The position numbers and the translations under genes are program-made. Of a stretch of DNA of 64,000 nucleotides, positions 1 to 8,905 are shown piece after piece. Source of the stretch: an uncultured Actinomycetota bacterium (GTDB taxonomy: Bacteria > Actinomycetota > Acidimicrobiia > Acidimicrobiales > RAAP-2); the NCBI GenBank assembly GCA_963709665.1, contig CAVPWU010000011.1, positions 243,416 to 307,415 on the forward strand, given 5' to 3'. The first letter of the stretch is position 1, and every line of letters starts with the position of its first letter. Under the pieces are notes generated by a model. That model searched no databases, was not told where the DNA came from, and was given only the letters and a program-made list of their open reading frames with translations.

Positions 1-320
1 CCGGCGCCGGATACTGGTTCGTGGCCGCCGATGGTGGGGTATTCGCCTACGGGGACGCGCCCTTCGAGGGCTCCCTCGGCAGCCTTCACCTCAATCGACC
101 GGTGACCTCGGTGGTCACCAGTGCTTCCGGGCACGGCTACCAACTCGTGGCCTCGGACGGGGGGATCTTCTCCTTTGGAGACTCCGCATTCCATGGTTCG
201 ATGGGTGAAGTGCAAATAAGCAGCCCGGTCATTGGGATCGCCCCCGTTCGAACGACCGGTGGGTACCGAATCGTGACGTCCGACGGAGGCACCTTCGACT
301 TCGACGCCGCTCCGCTCTGA
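1..320 (+). CDS. C-terminal fragment of a repeat protein with three ~40-aa units of the type GY-x-[LIV]V-x-x-DGG-x-F-x-[FY]GDA-x-F. The 5' end lies outside the window.
   Basis: The frame is open from nt 3 (GAGYWFVAADGGVFAYGDAPFEGS...). The repeats DGGVFAYGDAPFEGS / DGGIFSFGDSAFHGS / DGGTFDFDAAP are visible in ORF 21..320. Confidence 0.6.
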   Translation, partial: GAGYWFVAADGGVFAYGDAPFEGSLGSLHLNRPVTSVVTSASGHGYQLVASDGGIFSFGDSAFHGSMGEVQISSPVIGIAPVRTTGGYRIVTSDGGTFDFDAAPL

Positions 321-1214
321 ACCTCGCGCCCTTCTTCCGGCGATAGGAGTCACTCGTCAGTCCCAAGAAAGTGCCTTCCAGAGAGACTTTCGGTAGATGT
401 GAGGGATCATCTCGGATGCGTGCGGTCCGTCATGGCCATGCGGCCGGATGCACGAAGTGGGGTTTTTCAGCATGAGGGAACCGGCGGATGGCATGGATCG
501 CTGGACGTATTCAATCGCCTTCGCCCCGCAGGCTGGCTGGCCCCCCTGGGCAGTCGAAAGTCGCTCTCCCGTCTCTCGCCAATGAGCGCTTGGTAGCTCT
601 GCCTGAGGCGCCTTGGGGGCAGTCCGGTCGAGATAGCGCTGTGCCTTGGCCCTGGACACCTCAATGGCACGGAGCTGTTCACTGAAGCGCTGTGCGTCGC
701 CATCGTCGTTCACAGCATGAGCCTAGGTGTACCGCTACCGATTTCTCGATTGTGTAGGTAAAGGACAGCGCAGACCCGGCGGTCCGGGACACTTGTTCCG
801 TCGGGTCCGTCCGGTGGACGTGACGAATCAGGGGCTAGGAGGACGTGCCTTCAGAACTTGCATGGCAATCACCGTCCCGACCGCGACAACGCCTACGAGA
901 CAGAGCGCGACCACCCACGGCCACTCGAAGAAGAACGAGGTGGTGATCATGGTCAACACGATAGCCAAGAGAACATTTTTCCGAAGGGACGTGGACCAAA
1001 ATGGAATGGGCTTGGACTCTGGATCTTGGGTCGGCCATTTTCGGCTTCTCGAAGTACTTCATCAGCTATCCGTGACAGCAGTGGGTGCCTCTTCACGTGG
1101 CGCGGCTATCCACACGCCCCGAGGTGTCGCAGCGGGGCAGCTCGCGAGCGGCAAGCACCCCGTCTTCGGATAACGCGCCCACAGTCGGCGTTGTGGGACG
1201 CTCTCCGAACTGCC

Positions 1215-1391
1215 TTAGTCCCCCGCCGAGCTGTCGGGGTCTCCGGGCCACTTCAGCCCAGCGGCGGTGCAATCGTGGCACACGTAGACCCTGAACGAGC
1301 GCCCAGTGTCGACCCTGCGAATCTGCTTCGTCCTCTTGCCACAGAAGGAACACTGGTACAGGCCGGGTGCAAGATCCGACCACTTGACCAT
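1215..1391 (-). CDS. 58-aa ClpX-type zinc-finger mini-protein, shorter than the ORF-track cut-off.
   Basis: Hand translation gives MVKWSDLAPGLYQCSFCGKRTKQIRRVDTGRSFRVYVCHDCTAAGLKWPGDPDSSAGD. The two CxxC pairs follow the CSFCGK...V.VC..C pattern of the ClpX N-terminal zinc-binding domain. No strong SD was seen. Confidence 0.45.
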   Translation of the reverse strand: MVKWSDLAPGLYQCSFCGKRTKQIRRVDTGRSFRVYVCHDCTAAGLKWPGDPDSSAGD

Positions 1392-1457
1392 GAGTGGAAA
1401 CTACATGGCACCACCGTGAAGGTGTCCCACCCACCGGGCATTGCTCAGGGATACTCC

Positions 1458-1919
1458 TCAATCCGTCCTGGTCGACGAAAGGACGGTCACCTCAGCCACC
1501 AACTGCTCGGCGAGCTCCGAACTTCGACTCGCCCCGAGTGCCGTAGACGAGAACCTCGGCTGCCCAGCACAACCAAAGACGATGGAGCCGTCGGGCTGGT
1601 CCGTCCGGGACACAGAGACTAGGTACTCCGCCCACCTCGGGATGTTCGTCAGCGATGAGCCAATCCACCCGATGACAGTTCCGTCGGCGAAGACAGCCAC
1701 GTCGTGGCCGCCTACGTGAAAGATCGCCGATCTGGCGACCTGATCGGCTCGCTCGGGCGCTACAAACGTCGCTACTGGGATGCCAAATGGAATGATCTTC
1801 GATGGGGACTCTCCCGGGCGAAGCCTTCGCAAAGACCGCTTTCGATCAGTGAACACGATTAGCAGAACCCCACCTGCGCACAAGAGCAGAAATGCCAGGA
1901 TGAAAGCCGCCGCCACCAT
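1458..1919 (-). CDS. Hypothetical membrane-anchored protein.
   Basis: ORF track 153 aa. The N-terminal hydrophobic helix is MVAAAFILAFLLLCAGGVLLIVF. No family was recognised. Confidence 0.5.
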   Translation of the reverse strand: MVAAAFILAFLLLCAGGVLLIVFTDRKRSLRRLRPGESPSKIIPFGIPVATFVAPERADQVARSAIFHVGGHDVAVFADGTVIGWIGSSLTNIPRWAEYLVSVSRTDQPDGSIVFGCAGQPRFSSTALGASRSSELAEQLVAEVTVLSSTRTD

Positions 1920-2004
1920 GGTTGGAGCCTACGACCGGCAGGTCCATGCGGCCATGGGAAATCCGTAGCAGCGGGTCACCCTTCTGGCGATCTGGGACAC
2001 CCTG

Positions 2005-2442
2005 CTACTGAGTGACCACCGCTTCCACGCAGATCCCTTCCACGTCGTTAGGCTCCAGAAGTTGGAAGGTGCCCGGCGCCGCTTGTACCAGAGGGCCGAG
2101 GAGAAGAACTCGTTCCTCCCACTGGGCCCGGTCACCGTCGAATACGAATGCTGGCGGATGACCAGCGTGTTGACATAGCCCCTTCGGGTCACCGAGCCGA
2201 AATTCGACACTCCCAACGCTCCTGGAGAGAGCTACTCCTTCGAGGTCGGAGAATTGAACACCTTCTTCGCCATCGGCAAGGCGCTTGCAGGCCTTCCGAA
2301 GAATCGTCATCCCATCCGAGCTGCCTGCTATCCGCAGGGTCGGTCCATCGGTGCTGCTGACATAGAAGTCCACATCAAGAGCGGCTGCGGCCATGGCAAG
2401 CATTCTGGCGCAGCGTCTCACCTTCCCGGCGTTTAGAGACAC
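2005..2442 (-). CDS. Hypothetical protein.
   Basis: ORF track 145 aa, same strand as its neighbours. No recognisable motif. Confidence 0.4.
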   Translation of the reverse strand: MSLNAGKVRRCARMLAMAAAALDVDFYVSSTDGPTLRIAGSSDGMTILRKACKRLADGEEGVQFSDLEGVALSRSVGSVEFRLGDPKGLCQHAGHPPAFVFDGDRAQWEERVLLLGPLVQAAPGTFQLLEPNDVEGICVEAVVTQ

Positions 2443-2453
2443 CCCCAGAGGGC

Positions 2454-3041
2454 TCAGGCCGGGAATCCATACGGGGGCAGTTTGTCGACCACGGTCTGCT
2501 CACCCAATGGACTGAAGCCGACCATCGTCAGACTGACATTCCCGGCCCCCGTGCTCTGAGGGCTCTGCGCGTACGGATTCCAGTACGACATCATTCCCAC
2601 TGACCTGTAGAGCGATCCCGCTTCGAAGTTCTTCGCCTCTAGAAGCCTTCCGGTCTGGGCGTCGAGAACAACCGCCGGGCTCCCGGAACCCCTCCCGACG
2701 GCGAAACCGACCCCCACATCTCCCAGGGCAGTGCGCTGCCTGCCCAGGCTCACGACCCCGTGGAGCAACGGGATGGCTCGAAGGAGAGCCTTTTGAAACG
2801 CGACGGTCTCGCCCAACTTCGGTGACCGTAGGAGGATGAGCGCCCGCTCAAAGCCTGGGTTCTTCACGGAACCTTGTACGACGCCAAAGTCTGTGGCGCC
2901 GGTCCGACTGTCTTCGAGAACATGGGCAAGGGTGGAGGGATCGGAGGGCAGCGCTCCCACGTCAGCGACTCCCAATCCGATTGGCAGCACCGTTGAGGAA
3001 TTTGTCGACGAGCCGGTGGGCATACTGAGCCGCGCCGCCAC
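2454..3041 (-). CDS. C-terminal part of an actinobacterial membrane-anchored protein. It resembles, from memory, the family PGAP names CU044_5270. It is probably one gene with 2962..3549, split by a frameshift.
   Basis: The segment LPSDPSTLAHVLEDS...ERALILLRSPKLGETVAFQKALLRAIPLLHGVVSLG matches the pattern I recall for that family. It overlaps the upstream ORF by 62-80 nt in another frame. Confidence 0.45.
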   Translation of the reverse strand: MAARLSMPTGSSTNSSTVLPIGLGVADVGALPSDPSTLAHVLEDSRTGATDFGVVQGSVKNPGFERALILLRSPKLGETVAFQKALLRAIPLLHGVVSLGRQRTALGDVGVGFAVGRGSGSPAVVLDAQTGRLLEAKNFEAGSLYRSVGMMSYWNPYAQSPQSTGAGNVSLTMVGFSPLGEQTVVDKLPPYGFPA

Positions 3042-3549
3042 CGATGATGTTGTCGCTGCAGAATCCTTGTGGCTCCTCCTCGATCGGAGACGCTGAGAGG
3101 CCGGCGGCTAACCATGCGGAGCGCTGGGCGGCTGAAGCAAACTCGGGTGTTCCAAACGCGACCTGGAGACAGGTGACGCCTTGGCTCGTCCACTGTTGGG
3201 CAACTGCTGGAATCGTCACCGCACCAACTACGCCCTTAACCGCAATCTGCACGCTCGACTTGGTGAGGAGGTATTGGTCGGAGGCGAGCGATGCGGGAGA
3301 GCCAGGGATAAGCGGGTTCGTCCGTGATGACCCCGGTCGCAGCTCGCCTCTCCCGGCAGGGCTGCCGTGCTGACCGCCTCCGCTGTCGGCGACGACATAG
3401 ATCAACGCCATGCACGCCAAGGCGACCATGACCACGATTCCAGCGATTCGTCGCTGCCGTCGTCTTTGCCTATGCGCTGCCTCACGAAGGACGGCCTGTG
3501 CATCCGAGGCGTTGATTCTCGGCTTAGTCGCCTCATCCAACGTGAGCAT
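2962..3549 (-). CDS. N-terminal part (Arg-rich segment plus one TM helix) of the same membrane-anchored protein.
   Basis: The internal Met at 3549 gives MLTLDEATKPRINASDAQAVLREAAHRQRRRQRRIAGIVVMVALACMALIYVV. The gene is divergent from the GntR gene. The track ORF runs 2962..3618. Confidence 0.45.
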   Translation of the reverse strand: MLTLDEATKPRINASDAQAVLREAAHRQRRRQRRIAGIVVMVALACMALIYVVADSGGGQHGSPAGRGELRPGSSRTNPLIPGSPASLASDQYLLTKSSVQIAVKGVVGAVTIPAVAQQWTSQGVTCLQVAFGTPEFASAAQRSAWLAAGLSASPIEEEPQGFCSDNIIGGGAAQYAHRLVDKFLNGAANRIGSR

Positions 3550-3573
3550 GATGGTGATACTCTGCTTGTCACC

Positions 3574-3921
3574 ATGACCGATGTCAAGGGCCGGCGTGAT
3601 CCGAGCCTGCACCTCCACGAGTGGGTCGCAGCGGAAATTCGTCGGGACATCGCGAACGGGGACGTCGGCCCGGGACAGCGCCTCCCTCCATCAAAGGACA
3701 TGGCCGCCGTACTGGAGGTGCATCCAAATACGGTTCTCCGTGCACTCCGGCTACTCCGCGACGAAGGCATTCTCGAATTCCGCAGAGGGCGCGGTGTGAC
3801 CGTCGTCGGTCAGCCAGAACGCGGGGTCCTAGCTGCCAATGCCCAGGCGCTACTCTCCCAGGCCCGTCGGTTCGGCTTGGCCCGAGAAGACTTGATCGAA
3901 CTCATTCAGGGCCTTCCCTAA
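3574..3921 (+). CDS. Short GntR-family (YtrA-like size) transcriptional regulator.
   Basis: The winged-HTH signature is ...GQRLPPSKDMAAVLEVHPNTVLRALRLLRDEGILEFRRGRGVTVV. ATG 3574 (MTDVKG...) gives about 115 aa. Confidence 0.8.
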   Translation: MTDVKGRRDPSLHLHEWVAAEIRRDIANGDVGPGQRLPPSKDMAAVLEVHPNTVLRALRLLRDEGILEFRRGRGVTVVGQPERGVLAANAQALLSQARRFGLAREDLIELIQGLP

Positions 3922-3976
3922 TTTCTGCCCGGTGTTCCGCTCTGATCCGCTGCGTTCGGGGACGGTCACCCAGTTG

Positions 3977-4473
3977 TCAAAGTGCTGAGCGCAGGCGGGC
4001 GATGTCGAGAAGGTGATGTGTCGCATCGTGCACGGCGTGCCGGGCGATCCAGTGCGGATCGACGGAGGCTCCGTCGAACGTCACGCCGAGGAACCAGTCG
4101 TCGGAAGAAGGTTCGGCGAGCTGGTGACTCAACGAGCGGGCCTCATGGTCAATTCCGTCAAGAGCCGCTTCGACATCAATCTGCCGAGGTTGGAATTGAA
4201 CTGCGCCGGCGGCGACTCTCCAAGGTTGGTCCCCGGGTGCGAGATGGCGCTGTCGAGAAGGAGCCTCATTCCGAAGAGCACTTCTCGGACATGATCTGCG
4301 TACTCCCCGATGGACCGCATCTCGTGAATGGGTCTTCGAAGCTGATCAACAGGAGTCAGCCCAGCGACAGCCTCATTCCATTGCAACGGAAGTTCCTGGA
4401 TTGCTGCGATCGCACTGGCATCGCTCCAATCCTCGGAGTCGAAGCCGCACTCTCCGCAGCGCTCGACATTCAC
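3977..4473 (-). pseudogene. DinB-family (DinB_2-like) protein interrupted by a frameshift near nt 4200.
   Basis: Track ORF 4129..4473 starts MNVERCGECGFDSEDW...EYADHVREVLFG and stops at 4129. Another frame stays open from 4198 to the stop at 3977-3979 and encodes ...IDVEAALDGIDHEARSLSHQLAEPSSDDWFLGVTFDGASVDPHWIARHAVHDATHHLLDIARLRSAL. That is a typical DinB C-terminus. Confidence 0.6.
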
Positions 4474-4557
4474 ATCTCTGATTCTGCCCTACTGGCTCGT
4501 CCTGTCCCACCTATTCGGCGGCGGGGTCCAGCGGCGAGGTGCACCCGGAGCCGGCGA

Positions 4558-5526
4558 TCAGGGACGAAATTGCTCAGGTGCAGGGATCACAATCTTCGGG
4601 TAAGGCAGTGCCATGATCTGAGCCACGACCTTCTCCCCTGTCCGCGTGTTGACGCCCCTGGACCATCTTCTTCGGAAGCGATCCCACTGTTTCGGTGTCC
4701 GGGGAACACGTCGTGGCAGTGCTTCCATCGCCGTCCTGAAGTCATCTTGGGGTGGGAGCTCTGCTGTGGCCTGCCTCTGGATGTCCTCCATCAAGCGGAA
4801 CGCTAGGTCCCACTCGCGAGTCTTGGCCAAGTCTTGGACGATGAGACGCTTCGCATCAACGATTGAGCGAGGATCTAACTCGAGCCTGACCGCCAGGCGC
4901 AGCATTGACTGATGAACTGATTTGGACTCCTCGAAGTGGCCCGCTTCGACCTGCACCTCGGCTAACCGAGACAGCGCAGACAGTGCCCTCAGGTCATCGC
5001 CGTAGGTCTTCGCGCAGAAGTCGGCCACAAAGGACCACAGAGTGATCACCCCCGGCTGATCACCGAGTCGACGCAGAGTCACCTCGCAATTGTTGATCGC
5101 CGCAACTCCTGCCTCCGAGTCATATCCGTAGCGGAGGAGCCACGCTGACGCCAGTCTCAGGTGAATGGGCCGAGCCTCCTCGGACCTGCCCAGGTTGGAG
5201 TAGGTATTGGCGATCGACATTTCGATGCCCTCGAATTCGTAATCGCCCTCACCGAACACCTCGGCGGCCAGAGTCAGTGCCTCCTCCGACAATCTGAGGG
5301 CCGCGTCCAGGTCTCCTTCATCAACGTACGAGCGATAGAGATCGTTTTCAGCCGACCGGGTGTTCGGGTCGGAAAAGCCGAGAGTGCTCAACTTCGTCTC
5401 GTAGTCCCTTTGCAGGAAGGCATCGTCGACGCTGCCAGGCTCAGCCACCCCGCGAGCGTATTCCGAACATCTCGACCGCTCGACGATCAAGCAGCCCGTC
5501 GCCCACGACGCCGGAGCGGGAAACAC
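4558..5526 (-). CDS. Tetratricopeptide-repeat protein.
   Basis: The 322-aa ORF has TPR-like helical repeats (..ALRLSEEALTLAAEVFGEGDYEF..IANTYSNLGRSEEARPIHLRLA..). Confidence 0.65.
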   Translation of the reverse strand: MFPAPASWATGCLIVERSRCSEYARGVAEPGSVDDAFLQRDYETKLSTLGFSDPNTRSAENDLYRSYVDEGDLDAALRLSEEALTLAAEVFGEGDYEFEGIEMSIANTYSNLGRSEEARPIHLRLASAWLLRYGYDSEAGVAAINNCEVTLRRLGDQPGVITLWSFVADFCAKTYGDDLRALSALSRLAEVQVEAGHFEESKSVHQSMLRLAVRLELDPRSIVDAKRLIVQDLAKTREWDLAFRLMEDIQRQATAELPPQDDFRTAMEALPRRVPRTPKQWDRFRRRWSRGVNTRTGEKVVAQIMALPYPKIVIPAPEQFRP

Positions 5527-5597
5527 TCCCGGCGTTTAGGGGCACGTTCTAGTACGGTGACGTTTTCCCGACCTCTTCGGATGGGTGGTGTTTCCGC

Positions 5598-6191
5598 ATG
5601 ATAGAGATCCGCCTCCGTGCATCTCCTTTCGGTCGGTCCCGGCACTCTGCCTTGATCATTGAGGACGATGTGGTCCGCGTCGTGATGCCCAATGTCCTGG
5701 CCGAGGACTGGGTCATACCCCGTGAACAAATGAGCTGGCTGAGCGATACGAAAGGTGGACCGGCCGATTCCCCTGAGCATGGGCCCGCTGTTATTCCCCG
5801 CATGCTCGTTCTCATCACCAACCGGAGCTTCGGTCCAAACATGACACTGGTCTTCGCCGAACCGCAGAGGGTGCCACCTCGCCAGCCCGGTCCCGGTGTT
5901 GGGCCGATGCCGTTCTCGGTCGACGAATCGCGTGAGGGGGTCTGGGCTGAAGGCGCCCTTGTCACCGTCGACCATAAGCGCAAGGCAAGGGACGGTCTGA
6001 TCCGAAGCGAGATCCCGACCCATCCATCCCTTCCTCATGCCATCGCAGCCATCTATGGAACGGTGGAACACCCGAGACTTAATGGAACGGAGATGCAGGA
6101 GTCGTTTGATTCCCAGGAGGGCGAAGCACTGGTCGGACCAGGACCCTTCTGGGGCCGTTTCGAACCGGTCGCCAGTCCGCACCAGTCCTGA
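5598..6191 (+). CDS. Hypothetical protein.
   Basis: 197-aa ORF. By eye its third-codon positions are G/C-enriched relative to the overlapping minus-strand ORFs. No family was recognised. Confidence 0.4.
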   Translation: MIEIRLRASPFGRSRHSALIIEDDVVRVVMPNVLAEDWVIPREQMSWLSDTKGGPADSPEHGPAVIPRMLVLITNRSFGPNMTLVFAEPQRVPPRQPGPGVGPMPFSVDESREGVWAEGALVTVDHKRKARDGLIRSEIPTHPSLPHAIAAIYGTVEHPRLNGTEMQESFDSQEGEALVGPGPFWGRFEPVASPHQS

Positions 6192-6255
6192 TCGCCAGTC
6201 GGAAGTTCCTAGTCTCCGAACCGGCGGTCTGGGGCACTCTGTCCTGCCTCGCACC

Positions 6256-6984
6256 TCAGTGCGAATGGCCCACCAGAAGTGCGAACCCTCGCCAACGCCA
6301 CATGCAATCAACCTGCGACAGTCCGCCCTCTCGCATCCATAGGAGCTGGGATTCAACAGGGGCAAGTCGATCCTCAGGGTCATCATCAGCACGGCCTATG
6401 AGGTCCAGGAACTGGCGATGAAGCTCGGGTGTGGCTGAGGCGACTACTTCCAGATTGGCAAAGACACCTTCGTCGGTGAGTTGTCCAGCGACCTCACTGA
6501 AAAGCTCCCGCTTTCGCTCGTCCTCAACGTGGTGGATTGAGAATCCAGCGACAACAACATCGAACGAACCAAGTGGCGTGAGGGACTCCTCCAAACTCCA
6601 CTCTCGGAGCTGAACTCGATGATCGCCGTCGAATCGATCTCGAGCATGGCTGAGCATGGCGGGCGAGGAGTCGACGGCCAGAACCCTCTCGACGCTGCTT
6701 CGGTGTTCGAGCACCAGTGCAGCCAGCCTGCCGTCCCCACAACCCAGGTCGAGAACGGTGCGAGGTGAGGCAGGCAGCACCGACACCAGTACCTCCTCAC
6801 CTGCAGCCCGTGGGGCCAATCCACCAATCCGGGTCAGGTAGCGATCCACTCGATCAGGATCACTCCACGTTGCCGCCTGGGGGTTCTCGGGACCTGGTGG
6901 GATGGCCACCTCCAGATACTTACCGAAGGAGCGACCTGGCGCCCGTCCGCACCTGCCCCACTCGTGCCGTCTAGCCACGGTCAA
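6256..6984 (-). CDS. Class I SAM-dependent methyltransferase.
   Basis: Motif I is VLDLGCGDGRLA, followed by FDVVVAGFSIHHV. The start is taken at TTG 6984, preceded by GGAGAGGG, because the longer track ORF would overlap the upstream LLM gene. Confidence 0.75.
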   Translation of the reverse strand: MTVARRHEWGRCGRAPGRSFGKYLEVAIPPGPENPQAATWSDPDRVDRYLTRIGGLAPRAAGEEVLVSVLPASPRTVLDLGCGDGRLAALVLEHRSSVERVLAVDSSPAMLSHARDRFDGDHRVQLREWSLEESLTPLGSFDVVVAGFSIHHVEDERKRELFSEVAGQLTDEGVFANLEVVASATPELHRQFLDLIGRADDDPEDRLAPVESQLLWMREGGLSQVDCMWRWRGFALLVGHSH

Positions 6985-7024
6985 TAACTGACCCTCTCCC
7001 GGCGATCTGGGGCACCCCCCAATG

Positions 7025-8020
7025 TCAGGTCTGGCTCGCTGGAGAGCGAGGAACGGATGCCATCGTTCGAAGCTCTCGCTCGACATCGGGACCGGTCGGC
7101 GTGTAGATGATCTCCGTATAGCCTGCATCACCCAGACGGTCCAGCTGCCGCGTTATTCGGTCGGGCTCCCCGACCATCGACTTGATGTCGATGTGTGGGA
7201 GGAGTTGGCGGTCCCGATCGGGGAGATGGGTTGCGTGACCGTCGAACGTCAGCAGGTGTCGCTGGTTCGGGGGTGCCAGGGCCTCAAGGGCCTCACGCCA
7301 TGCCCGTCCACCGGGCAGATCGTCCACCGCCTCGGCACCTCCGTTGGCGTAGGCATTGTGCCAGTCGACAACCCGCCATGCCCCAATGGAATTCCGGACC
7401 CGGTCTGACCCTGGATCCTCGCCTGGCTCAAGCACAGTGCCGGACACGATCATGGCTGCCGGCAGGGTTGGGTGGGGCAAACCGATGATTCCATCGGCCG
7501 CTTCACCGGCCAGCGCACGTCCCCGTGGCCCGAAAACGCTCAGCCAGAGTGGGACAGCGACAGGCCGGGCCTCGGTCAGTCCGGGTGCGTGGAGCATCCG
7601 GGCGGGCGCTCCGTCAACCAATACGATCTCCCCGGCCAGAAGCTGCCGCAGGGCGGTCACGTATTCGACGAGGGCAGTGAGGGTCATCGCCCGCTGACCT
7701 ATGGCCAGGCGGGCAGTGAAGCCGGTGCCGAAGCACGCCCGGAGGCGGCCCCCCGAAATCCGGGCCACCGTGACTAGCGCCGAGGCCATGGCCATCACGG
7801 ATCGCTGAGTCGGGATCAACACGGCAGTGGCGAGGCCGATGCGCTCAGTCCTCTCGGCGGCGAGGGCAAGATGGACGAAGGGGTCCTCCCACAGCGGAGC
7901 GGAGTCGTAGATCCACACTCGGGCATAGCCGAGTTTCTCGGCGAGCACCGCCAGGTCGGCAAAGTTCGGTCCCGGAGGAAGCCCGCACGACAGCTCGAAC
8001 TTACCCATGACGCGATTCAC
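7025..8020 (-). CDS. LLM-class (luciferase-like) flavin/F420-dependent oxidoreductase.
   Basis: 331 aa with ...LAEKLGYARVWIYDSAPLWEDPFVHLALAAERTERIGLATAVLIP... typical of the luciferase-like monooxygenase fold. Confidence 0.8.
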   Translation of the reverse strand: MNRVMGKFELSCGLPPGPNFADLAVLAEKLGYARVWIYDSAPLWEDPFVHLALAAERTERIGLATAVLIPTQRSVMAMASALVTVARISGGRLRACFGTGFTARLAIGQRAMTLTALVEYVTALRQLLAGEIVLVDGAPARMLHAPGLTEARPVAVPLWLSVFGPRGRALAGEAADGIIGLPHPTLPAAMIVSGTVLEPGEDPGSDRVRNSIGAWRVVDWHNAYANGGAEAVDDLPGGRAWREALEALAPPNQRHLLTFDGHATHLPDRDRQLLPHIDIKSMVGEPDRITRQLDRLGDAGYTEIIYTPTGPDVERELRTMASVPRSPASQT

Positions 8021-8155
8021 GTTTCGGGGTTAGTGCCTCGGCATGGATGGCGTCGATCTCTATGTCCTCAAGGCCGCTCCACCACTGGTTGAAGATCAAC
8101 ATCGACGCAGTATCCCAGCATGGGGACGTGGTCTCACTCCCGGCGATCGGGGGAG

Positions 8156-8794
8156 CTACCCAGCATCCCCACACGCTCGGAAGGCATAGTCCGAGAGTTC
8201 ACGAACGTCGGCTCTGGTGGCCTCGTTTGATCGGACTGCCGCTGTCGCAGTGGATGATCCGGCTATGGCAACGAGCCTCCTGACTGTCGGCTGCAACGAA
8301 GCCGGAAGCGAGGAGACCAACCGACCAGCGCTGGCTTCGCTCATATCAACCGCCCTGACGATTGCCAGGCGGTCTGCGGGCGCCGGATCGGTCACTCCGT
8401 CCGTCAAGATGTTGATCCACTCGGGGCCGTCATCCGATGAACCGTCAGTGGCATCGAAGGACTGGAGTTCTCCGACGTTCACGCTATTCAACTGGTAACA
8501 GGGGTCGGGGCCGAGATTCGCGAGCGACTGCTTCGTAGCGAAGCTTGTTGCTCCGACTACCAGCACCACCAAGGGAACGGCGATGAGCCAACGGCGAGCT
8601 GGTGCCCAAACCAGGAGACACAGACCGATCAGACCGACACCGATGATGGCTGCGATGACCGACCAGGTAGGGAGTCCAAAGACTCCGGACGGAGGGGGCG
8701 GTTCGGTACGCATGTAGAGAACCGAGTCAAGAACTCCAACGACGATCACGGCCATGGCGGCGAGACAAAGAGCAACAAGGGTTTGCTCTTTCAT
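8156..8794 (-). CDS. Hypothetical integral membrane protein.
   Basis: 212 aa with three N-terminal hydrophobic segments followed by a soluble domain. Confidence 0.6.
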   Translation of the reverse strand: MKEQTLVALCLAAMAVIVVGVLDSVLYMRTEPPPPSGVFGLPTWSVIAAIIGVGLIGLCLLVWAPARRWLIAVPLVVLVVGATSFATKQSLANLGPDPCYQLNSVNVGELQSFDATDGSSDDGPEWINILTDGVTDPAPADRLAIVRAVDMSEASAGRLVSSLPASLQPTVRRLVAIAGSSTATAAVRSNEATRADVRELSDYAFRACGDAG

Positions 8795-8857
8795 TGGTCG
8801 TTGGCGAGAGATGGAGTCATCATTCCATCGGATTCCCTCCCTGTCCCGAATGTGTTG

Positions 8858-8890
8858 TTACACGGGTGATCCACGGGCCCTGGACCGAGG
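8858..8890. repeat. Left inverted repeat of E2.
   Basis: The sequence is TTACACGGGTGATCC-ACGG-GCCCTGGACCGAGG. It matches the reverse complement of 11291-11321 with a 15-nt exact core plus about 11/14 further matches and a 2-nt indel. Confidence 0.6.
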
Positions 8891-8905
8891 CCCATCGAAG
8901 CACAG

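Noticed and set aside
357-1214. Several overlapping 60-250-aa ORFs on both strands, including 357..713 (-), 727..1173 (+) and 858..1622 (+).
   Set aside because: None has a recognisable motif or a clean codon-position bias, and they are mutually exclusive. The region is left unannotated. It may be decayed coding sequence.
5487-6392. 301-aa minus-strand ORF overlapping 5598..6191 (+).
   Set aside because: The plus-strand frame shows the better third-position G/C bias by eye and a more protein-like composition. The minus ORF would also run into the TPR gene and the methyltransferase stop. The decision remains low-confidence.
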